Below are positions 49,711 through 59,927 of a DNA stretch of 64,000 nucleotides, one piece after another; the stretch's first letter is position 1; each line of letters starts with the position of its first letter. Where the stretch lies: contig CAJFCJ010000044.1 in assembly GCA_904063045.1 (NCBI GenBank), forward strand, positions 124,001 through 188,000, in the 5' to 3' direction. The notes beneath the pieces were generated by a model. It searched no databases. It was not told the origin of the DNA and saw nothing but the letters and a program-made list of their open reading frames with translations. The translations under genes and the position numbers were made by a program. Source of the stretch: Dimorphilus gyrociliatus (Eukaryota > Animalia > Annelida).

Positions 49711-50364
49711 ACTCCAAATGGCACTATTCAAAATGGCTGAAAATTTCTTCCCAAATTAATCAGACATTTTCACAAATGGAGATAACATGTATAATCAAAG
49801 TATTAATACAACATTAAACTAGATTAAGTTAAATATGAATTTACCTACATTGAATGACTGCCATTTTAATATTTAATAATTTTTTATTTAAGTAGGTTGC
49901 ATTATTAAATTGCAGTGATATAAAAAAGTATCATATTTAATATTAATTAACTATGTTTTACTGGGTTTGGTTTCATCCAAAATGGGTACAATTTCACAGG
50001 ACCAGTGGAAAACAGCTATAAATGATATATTTGAAGGTTCAATTTCAGGCTGGAAAATGGTTAGGATGAATAAGAAGACCGTTGATATGTTCTTTAAATT
50101 TATTCATTAACATTACACAATGAATATTAAAAAAAATAATTGCTGGAACATATTAAAAGATATTACAACATTTTTGGTCTATTTTTAAATGAATAACAAC
50201 AAAACTAGAGAGCCAAAGCTTAAATGGTACTTAAGGATGAACCTTAAGTATGACAAACCAATGTCTGTGTTAGGCCACATGTTATTGTATTCCCTCAAGT
50301 AGGTTTTAAGTAAGTTATAGATTATACTATAACAATAAAATAGAACAAAAGTTGTACAACAATA

Positions 50365-50520
50365 AATCCTGATTATGCTCCTGTTGGAACAAATCCAATA
50401 TCATTGTCTAGTAATGAAGCAAAAACAGCAACTGTATCTTTAATATCTGGTGATCAAACAGAAGGCTCAGAAAATGTGGATATTACAATAATTTGTACTT
50501 CAGGTGGTGAAAAAGTTTTT
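50365..50520 (+). pseudogene. Possible Calx-beta-like fragment
   Basis: DYAPVG..SLSSNEAKTATVSLISGDQTEGSENVDITI resembles DY...F..GE.KT+.V.+..D...EG.E.F.+.L. Confidence 0.3.
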
Positions 50521-50669
50521 AATATAAAAGTGACTGAACCCTCTAATGGAAATGGCCATCCTCACTTTATGCTACTTGTTCAAGATGAAAATAATAAAAA
50601 AGGTCTAAAGAAACACATATGTTTTGATGTTATTTCTACAAAAGGTAACAGAATTCAGATTTTTTACAA

Positions 50670-51180
50670 TAAGTGTACTTTGTTGTATTGTAATTGTAGG
50701 AATTTCTGCTTCTCCAGAACAGTATTTGTCTTCTTCAATCATTGATCAACTCACCAAAGTACTCAAAGAAATAGAACCTTTTAAGTTTGTCCTCAAATAG
50801 TCTCAATAAATGTAATTTAGGTGGAAATTAATCAACAAATTGCCAGTTTATCATCCAAAGAATATGTATTGAGTAAATGAGTTTCTAGTTCTAAACAAGT
50901 AAGCTTAAACAACCAGCTAACGATTAAAGAACTGAACTGCCAAGCTGGGGAAATGTATTTCCTTTTATACATTTAGCAAAGCTTGGGTTCAATTGGTCAA
51001 ACGATTAAAAAAGGTGAGACACAACAGTCTCATAATCCACAAGAAACAAAGAGAACAAAGACTATTACACCTAGATCATAATGATAAGGCAAACATGACA
51101 TGGCCAACATTTGCCACTGCAGATTAAGTCTGCCTCATCAACATCTGGCATTGCCAAAATTATTGTTGGTTGAGTTAAAA
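50670..51180 (+). repeat. Unclassified repeat family W, longest copy
   Basis: Overlaps all five other W copies. Confidence 0.8.
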
Positions 51181-51358
51181 ACAATTAAGAAGATATGCTT
51201 AATTTGTATAAGCAGGTTGGTATAGGTGTAATTAATAAAAATAACACAAGTTATGTCAAATAGACATATTTCTTCCACAAATTATAAAAAAGTTGCAGAT
51301 AATGAAATTTTGTAAATAGATTTCTTATAGGCATATGGAAAATAATCTATGTATAAAT

Positions 51359-52274
51359 GGGGTTGACAGAAAATGTCCACAAAAGACAGAAAATGTCCAC
51401 AAAGGCAAAGAAAACATCCTGAATAGGTAAAAGAAATGGGGTTGACAATTCAGGTTAGGGAAAGTATTAAATAACAGAAATGTAATTTAACTTTGTTGTT
51501 GTATTCTTAGGATTTGGGTTACAGTTCTGAATTTAAAAAGAAAGAAGGAGAATGGAAATCAATGAAACTGATTTTGGCTTTACCATACCTCCCTCATACT
51601 TTGATTCCAAATCAATTCAACAAAATAAAAAATGACTTAGCTGAAAGAAATAAACTTGGAGATTTTATGGAATATGTTGAAGACAATTGGATTAAGAGTC
51701 GCTTTTGGCCTCCAGCGACTTGGTCTGTTTTCAACCAAACAATCAGGACTAACAATGATTTGGAAGGATTCCATCACAGATTAAATAAAAACATAGGAGC
51801 AAACTTATCATTTTATATGACTATTGATGAGCTTAAGAGGGAAGCTGACTTAATTGCTGTATATGAAAAATTATTGAGTGAGAGGAAGATGTTGAGATTG
51901 CAAACAAAAGTTTACACAAAAATTCAAAAAAATCTTTTTTCCATTTGGGAAAACTTTAAAGTTGGTGACATTACAGCAAGTCAACTTGTTGAGATGTGTT
52001 CTACATTATACTATTAAATATTTGCAGTGTTAATTCAATATTAATTAATAATCAAAAATGTTCAAACAATTTGGAAAATATATCTCTATTGCTTGCAATT
52101 ACATAGTCTTTGTTTTTCTAGATATTTATTATCTTATTAATCAAGCCAATTCTTTCCTAACCCTAACCCTACTTTTCCTAAAAACATCACAACCTTCTAT
52201 ATATTATATAAAGTGCTTTTTTCTACTTATTCAAAATGTTTTCTATGTCTTTGTGGACGTTTTCTGTCTAAACC
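51359..52274 (+). mobile_element. Non-autonomous MULE E with the transposase 3' exon
   Basis: TIR GACAGAAAA(C/T)GTCCACAAA at both ends; RTNNDLEGFHHRL; subterminal TAACCCTAACCC; no clean TSD. Confidence 0.8.
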
Positions 52275-52289
52275 TGTTATAAGACTTAT

Positions 52290-53040
52290 ATATTAAGATG
52301 CAGATTATTGTTTTGATTGTCATGATGTCAGGAAAGGAAAATTATTTATTAAACTAAAGAAAATAGATAATTATCACCAAACAAAATTTTCTCAAGAATG
52401 TGATGAAAGTATTATTAATAAGGAATCATTAATGGATAATTCAGGTGAAAGCAACACAAATCAGGTCATTTCAATTGTTACAAAATATTATTATCTCATC
52501 CTAAATCATTTTTAACAGTTGAGACTTTCTTTTCACTTTAATTCATCTGAATGACCAACCTATGAAAAAGAGTTGATTTTCCCTAAAGATAGGCACGACA
52601 TGGCAAAGAGAGTTGACATAAGTCATGAGACTTCATTTGAGATGGAGAAGCAATGTGATATTATGGAAACTGAAAGAGATGATTTCAAAATTGTTGTTGG
52701 TGGCAGCACAAAGGGTAAAGACTTACTCCTACACAAAAATTGTTCATATTCTGTGAAAAGAAAAACTGAATATTCTATCACTTGGGGATGTACTCAAAGA
52801 TGTGCTAAAGCTCCTTGTCCTTCATACATATTACAAAAGGGATCAAAGTTTATTGTTAAAAATGGAAATCATCTTCATAAGTTGCATAAAAATTTGGAAA
52901 CTGTTCTTCAAGGAAGAATGGATTTATAGGAAATGGCGAATGGTGATAATGAAAAATCTGGTAAAAGGATAGCAGAAGACATCCTAAAATTTAAAGATAA
53001 TATTGAAGACTTGCCAGAATTAGAAGTACAAGTTATTGTA
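52290..53040 (+). mobile_element. Degenerate MULE 5' fragment containing FLYWCH
   Basis: FKIVVGGSTKGKDLL..SYSVKR..WGC..C..GNHLH; stops present. Confidence 0.7.
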
Positions 53041-53043
53041 ATA

Positions 53044-53900
53044 TCCACAATATTCATAGATACAAACCAAATCAGCCTCTCTTTTCAATGCAATCAATCA
53101 GCAAATAAAATCATTCTGTTGATTATACTTTATTATTCATTCTATTGTGCCATCCTTCCACACTATTATTAGTCCTTATTGATAATCTAAATATTGACCA
53201 ATTCAATGGTTTCTAAGTACCATTAAAAATCCAAGTACTTTCAAAATATTCCAGCAAATCTGAAAATTTTCACTTTTCTTGCAGTTGACTCTTCAAGCTA
53301 AAAAATGTTGGAGTGATAATATCTGAAGATAAAAATACATCTTCCAGGGTAGCCAAGAGACTAAAAAGAGAATTTATTGAGAGAAAATTATAACAGTATC
53401 ATATATTTAATAATGTCTTGTACCTGAGGCTTTCTATAGATTGCTTGAGTGAAGTGGAAGACAGCCATGAATTTTTGCTTCTGCATAAATCTTTGAGACA
53501 GCTTTCCACAGACTCATCTCAAAATCCATTGTTGTTTTCTCAGGCTGTGACATGAAAGTCAAGTTTCTGATGCTCTGAAAGGTGAGTTGAATAGAAGAAA
53601 AATTCTGAATGAACTATTTGAATTCATACCTTGAATGCCTTTTTATAATATTTTTTTTGTTTTAATGTTATGAAAATGAATGTCAAGGGAACATGTTTCA
53701 TTGCACCATTCTTTTTCACATGACTATGAATAGACACTAGCTGGTAGAATGGATCTTTCACAATCTTAAATGTTCCATCTATAAACCAATGATTTGATTT
53801 ACCAAATAAATCAAACTGATGATTTGTGACAAAAATAAGGATTCTGATGGGTGTTTTCATAAATGTCATCAATACCATAGATGCTGGCGAATTTGAACAG
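53044..53900 (-). mobile_element. Degenerate MULE catalytic and C-terminal fragment
   Basis: WFIDGTFKIVKDPFYQLVSIH, MDFE, CLPLHSSN (degenerate CxxH region), RTNNSVEGWHNRM. Confidence 0.75.
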
Positions 53901-54286
53901 TTGTACAGTTTTAGAATTTGATATGTTAAATACTGATGCAGTCGTTTGGATTTCAGCCAAAAAGAAATTAGTAGTTGATTGATGAAAAGAACACGTCATG
54001 TTTGCAATATAATCAGAGAATATATTGGAAACTTGAGAATTGATGGTTTTAGCGAAAAAATTGAGTACAACAGCCTTAGCACCAAATGAAACAACAGAAT
54101 TAGTCCACAAATGCTTGCCTTTACCCTCATCCTATCTGTAAGAAAAGACCCTCCTAAGTACAAAACAGCTGCTGTCTTCTTCTTCCTAATTTCAAAAGAG
54201 TTTAACAAAATATAAAATTTATTAAAAAACATGAATTGACGGATGAGCAAAATGACCTTGAACTTGTGCTAAATAAAACTTTAAAC

Positions 54287-57144
54287 CTAACAATATTGTA
54301 AAAGTTGATAGTTTTTAATCAATACATGAGTTTTAACACTTTCTATAATTGGAAAACTACAAAGTTCACATTTATTCAAATTTTTTGAATAGGATAAACT
54401 TTTACAAGCGTCGTCTGCTAAACAAAATCTACAACATTCTATAATGTTTAGATAGAATTTTACTGAGTAAATATAATCTGATTTAATTGTTTTTCTCCCA
54501 TAATTCAATTGGTATTTTTCTATGCAATAAAGCAAAAGTTTAAATTTAAAAACAATAACAACAATACAAGATAAATAGTAAATATCTTACCATCAGTATC
54601 CTCCATTATAAGTTTGCTGATGACGTAATAATTGCAAGTTGAGTACCATTGATTAGGCGATGAAATTTTCAAATATTTCGCAATTATTTTCCTTTCACAA
54701 GAGAATGTAAAAAATGTTGAATCAACGACGTATAGAATATGTCTGAAACTTGTACAAAGTACTTCCGTTTTGTAATCAACACCAAAAATCTGTAATCCAG
54801 ATGAAAAATTTGCAGTTCTAACTAATGAAAATCCAACAGCAATAATTTTATGGTAATTAGTTAATTGTATAAAAATTTCGCGATTAATCGAATAACTGCA
54901 AATTGAATTCAATTGTATAGTAAAATTATTGGAAAGTGGAGAAAATTCATTTAATGCTTTAGAGAATAGGCCTAAACCTAAAGGAGATTTCAATATACAA
55001 ACTACTAATGTTGTATGGTTGTTTTCTACCAAAAATATATATTTCACAAAGTTCCATTCTATTATTACCATTAATTTTATTCAATGATATTCTATCACCA
55101 ATAAAATGGCAGTTGTATAATAAATGCTCCTCAGTTATAGCATCATTCTTCAAACTACAAATTTGCCTTTGCAACTCAATATTGAAATTTTCAACAGCCA
55201 CTTGAACATCTTCAAATGTTTCTGATAAGAGAGAGAGAGAGAGGAATTGATATTGAAATTCAATAATATAACAATCTGTTTACCTTGAACCAATATGGAT
55301 GGGAGTAAGACAACAATCTCTACAACCATATAATAATTATCCATAGAGAATATAATCCTTCCTTCCTGATTGGCATTTGTCAATGTTCCACTACAAGAAA
55401 GATAATGATCCTGATGTCTGGAATTTATTGATGATCCATCAATAATCTTTATTGGAAATTGATCGGCTACTATTTGATCATAGATTTTTAAACTACTACT
55501 CTCAGTCCTATGGACATTGATCAATGGTAGAAGTGTGAAATTGGCATTAATTATCTCTTCCCCATAAGCTTCAACAAATTCAAAGTGCAAATATTGCGTA
55601 ATACTTAAGTAAAATATTACGTAACGACAAATGGGTAATGGCTGTTGACAATCCCAAATAGCGTATTCTCCTCTCAAGAACTGTTTATCATTGATAAAAC
55701 AGATTTTAGAATGTAAATGCGCTTGTTCAACATTAAAACTTTGATATTCTGACACTACTCCACGTATTGTATTTATTCTTAAAACATCTAGAAAGAGGGT
55801 TAATGGATGAATTAATGGGTTAAGAGGATATTTTAAACCTACATTGATCTTCTCTATTTAGAATGGCCATTGGAAATAGTTTATACATTCCAAGCATATC
55901 TATCCAAATCCAAGGATGATCTTCCTTCTTTGTATGAAATATTCCGTTACGATCTCCAGTAGTTGCTAGATGGGCAAGTGTAAATTGCCGGTAATAGCTT
56001 GATGTCCAACTCGGTTTATTTGATAGAATGTTTTTGGATCTTTTCTCTAAATCTTTCAAATAGTTTCCAAATATTTCAATTTCACTTACAACTACATTCA
56101 TATTTGAAGAATTTGAACGTAAGACAACAAATTGACCTTTGACTCCGCCTCTTTTGCATAAAATTGTATCAAACATATCACTCCCATTCGGATTATTGCC
56201 ATCTTTTTCGCCGCAGTATGAATATTTTGTTGGGTTGTATTGAACAGCTGGATTTTCGTTTGTCAATTCAACATAGAATGATTTGAATTGGTGGAGATAA
56301 GTTGGCATTAGTCTGAAATCTAGGCCAAAAACATTGTAATACGCTAAAAGATTAATTGCAACCCAATAATCTTGGCCCAAACGTAACGTTACACGATTAA
56401 TCTCATTTCCATCAGTTAATCTATCTAGTTCACCATTTGAAGAATATTTTGAAATGGTTAATTTCGAATGAGCGATATTACCTATAGAAAGAAGAAATAG
56501 AAGATTTTTGAAAAAATTTATTAAACGGTTAAATAATATCCTTACTGGAAAATATTTCAATTTCGCATAAATCAATATAATTTCCATATTTTGCTTCAAT
56601 TATTAATTTTGAATATCTCTCCATTTTCAAATTTGTACAATGGACATTTGTGAATGAATGATTGTTCAAGAGAATGTTGTCGGAGCATATATTATCAGGA
56701 ATTTGTAAATAGATCTTCAGTAATTGATAAACTGAAAGAGAGAGAGAGAGAGAGAATATTTAAAAAATAAGAGACAAATTTTAATGTTTGTACTCTGTTC
56801 ATCCGTTGGCCATAAAATCACTTTATTAACAATATGAAATCCTTTCAGATTAACACCAATCTGTGTTTGTAAATCATTCAATTGCGTCAGTATTGCGCAA
56901 GAGCCGAAAGAAGCATTTCTTTGAAAGGCTATACCATCGACAATATGTTTTGGATGNGCTTCTTATCCAATGGCGGTCCAATAGTTGTATGATTTGGGCA
57001 TTTTTCTTGTTGTCCATAATCTATTTATAAATAGGTCAAGAACAACAATAACAACCTAAAAAGAATACACTTACCAATAAATATTGAAAGTGTAAAAACA
57101 GTATATAATTTCCATATGGGCTGTTTCAAGTTTAGAAACACCAT
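54287..57144 (-). CDS. Secreted multi-F-type-lectin (fucolectin/discoidin) protein with a C-terminal PAN domain
   Basis: Signal exon (ATG 57144); repeated LTDG.., WVAINL/WIWIDM, G..V.+....+.E+E+FG; FHTKKEDHPW..NREDQC; last exon ECCRFCLADDACKSLSY..KCEL; the frame change near the N at 56957 may be an assembly artefact. Confidence 0.75.
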
Positions 57145-57469
57145 TTGTGTCTACAATTCAGCAGCAAATAAAAAAACTTATAATATGTTTAAAAAGTGGT
57201 CAATGAAATATGAATTAATAATGGCATAGAAAAATTTTCAAATTATTCTTTTCAATAAATGAATATAAACATTGCAGAAAGAGAGAAGAATCTTTAGTTT
57301 TAGTGATCAATATTATCATTTTGTCTTCAATAGCTCATATTCATAGAATTGTTCTCAGCAATTCAGGTCAGTTTTTAAATCAAGAGAATAGAGAGTAAAT
57401 GATATTTTTACTCCAATTTGGCCATTTAAGTCTTCTTTCTAAGAAATGGGTTAGGGAAAATATGAAAGA

Positions 57470-57595
57470 AATTGATTTGTAATTAGGTGAGTCCAAACTT
57501 TGGGTTACGAACAATGAAACCCTTAGAAGTGGGTCCAGGGCTGGGTTAGGGTTAGGGTAAAACCACAGAACTGTGGCCGTTTTCAACAACATCCC
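57470..57595 (+). repeat. Telomere-motif-bearing repeat family Y
   Basis: GGGTTAGGGTTAGGGTAAAACC core; aligns with the 13662 and 45245 copies. Confidence 0.75.
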
Positions 57596-57659
57596 AATTA
57601 GAGATGCTTTTAAAAAATCAACTAATAAACAGAAACAAGTATTTGGCATAGCTTAATGT

Positions 57660-58255
57660 AACATTAAGTACATTCTATGCCATCCCTCAACATCATTGTT
57701 AGTATGAATGCTCATTCCAAATCCAGACCAACTATCTGCAGTCCAAATTCAAGTTAAACACACAAATATTTAATAGTATAATGCAGAACACATCTCAACA
57801 AGTTGACTTGCTGTAATGTCACCAACTTTCAGTTTTTCCCAAATTTCCAAGATTTGTTTTTGAATTCTTAAATAGGTCTTTTTTTGAAATCTCACAATTT
57901 TTCTCTCATTTAACAATTTTTCATAAATTGAAATTAAGTCAGCTTCTCTTTTTAATTCATCAACAACTAAATAAAACGATAGGTTTGAACCTATATTTTT
58001 TATTCAATCTATGATGAAAACCCTCCAAATCATTGTTGGTTCTGATTGTTTGGTTGAAAACAGACCAAGTTTCTGGAGGCCAAAAGGTACCATTAATCCA
58101 GTTGTCTTCAACATACTCCATCAAATCTCCAAGTTTATTTCTTTCAGCTAAGTCATTTTTTATTTTGTTGAATTGATTTGGAATCAAAGTATAAGGGAGA
58201 TATGGTAAAGCCAAAATCAGTTTCATTGATTTCCATTCTCCTTCTTTAATAATAG
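57660..58255 (-). mobile_element. Degenerate MULE C-terminal fragments, mostly of the family E type
   Basis: 57960-58250 is nearly identical to 51540-51830; a second TNNDVEGWH remnant lies near 57690. Confidence 0.8.
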
Positions 58256-59019
58256 TTAAGAGGATTTGAGGGAAAATTTGGTCACAAGTTATTTATCTAG
58301 GTTTCAATAGTTTTTTTTGGCTGAGGACAGCAGATGATTGGAAAATTACTCATTTAAGAGTAATGTTTGCATAAGGGTTTAATATTGCACAAAACACTAA
58401 GTTTTTTGGATAAGCATGAATTCATGGATGGATAATTGTGGAAATGATCAGTCATGGGTTGGCCAGTGCATTGGGCTATATTATAAAGTGTTTTTTAAAA
58501 TTTTTGGTATTCCTGTCATATATTGTTTTGCCAATAGGCAAAAGGCTAATAAATATATTACAGAATCGAAACAAATCTGGAGTTCTGGAACAGAGCAACT
58601 TGTTAGTTTAAAAACAAATCCACTTCAACAATGTTTCAAAAATTCAAATATGTTTATTGAAACTGCACTTCAATTCTATGTATATTTCACAAGATAAAGA
58701 TTCTAACCCTGATTAACTACATAATTTTCAAACAAAAATAAATATTTTAAGCAGTTTTTATCATAACTTATTTGTCAATTTCTCAAATAGTACTTGTTGG
58801 CCAGGCTATAAAAGGTGCATATCAAAAGCATACTACAAGAGGGCACTATGTGCATGATCTTGCCCTTGTTATCTAACTATGGTAGGGGTAAAAACTCTGT
58901 TTTCTAAGGAAGTTAGCATTGCTTTAAATTGGCAACTAAAGGCTATTTGATAAAACATGAGGATGTTGTTTGTGGTGTGTCTGTGTTTGGAATCTTGGAT
59001 GGAAAATGAATCAAGAGTA

Positions 59020-59700
59020 CTACCTAATTGATTTTAGCAATTGTAATATACACCCTGAACATTGTGTAGAAATGGAAAAGCTGTTAAAATGCTGTTCTAA
59101 ATTGCAAAAACATAAATTTGAACAAAAATAGAAATATTGGTTCTCGACTAAAAAATATTTGCTAAGGATTTTTTCAATCATCTAAAACAATCAACTTTTC
59201 TGAATGAAATATAGATGAGGAAACAGGTGAAACATTTGGAAAACTATTGAAATATTGTTCCCAATTGGAAATAATTAGGTTCAAAGCAATTATGGGAAAT
59301 CCAGTTTTATAACTGCGATTTTAATGAAAAGGTTTGTTCAAAATTTTGAGATCTTTTGAAATGTTGTTCCCAAATTGATTTGTTATATATTCAATGGAAT
59401 AGTAATATGGGAAGTGGATTATTCGATGTTTGTGAATGACTTCTTCATTCCTCAAATACTTAAAAAAAATTGAGCCTATTCAAATGTTATTTGACTCAAA
59501 ATCAAAGCGAATTTGTGGCTAACTTATTTAAAAATTGCTTTAAAATAGAATTGATCAATCTAGCAAACAATAAAACTATGGAAGGTGGATTAGTAGATAT
59601 TTGCAAAGGACTTTTAAATGCATCAAATACTCTTAACACAATGCTAGAATCATGAAAAGAATCTAATTGCAATAAAGCAGTTTGTAGGAAAATGTTCTTC
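59020..59700 (+). pseudogene. RNI-type LRR pseudogene
   Basis: IDFSNC..LLKCCSK, MGSGLFDVCE*, LSLFKCYL..CFKIELINLANN..DICKGLLNAS; several stops and frameshifts. Confidence 0.75.
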
Positions 59701-59809
59701 ATTGAAAACAGTCATTCCAGAGCATTTAGGAAAAATTCAGGTCAAATCAAGTTTTTGTGCCATGGGTTTGAAAAAATGTAGAATTGGAGAAAACTATATT
59801 TTTTTTTGA

Positions 59810-59880
59810 TATTTTAGCCTAACTCCAACTAACCAGGACACTAGATGTTAACCAATTTATGCTTCCTAACCTTCAGTTCA
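59810..59880 (-). repeat. Family Y variant, inverted relative to 5221-5310
   Basis: ATGCTTCCTAACCTTCAGTTCAG is the reverse complement of the 5224-5246 segment. Confidence 0.5.
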
Positions 59881-59927
59881 GTTGTACATTAAAGTAGTCA
59901 ACAGTAAAATATGGACACTGTAAATTT

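Noticed and set aside
11737-51180. Idea that repeats X and W form a DIRS-type element with inverted ends
   Set aside because: Relative orientations differ between loci and no tyrosine-recombinase or RT motif was found; left unclassified
1-57144. Functional link between GMDS (GDP-fucose synthesis) and the nearby F-type and SUEL lectins
   Set aside because: Eukaryotic linkage over tens of kb with no shared regulatory evidence; probably coincidental
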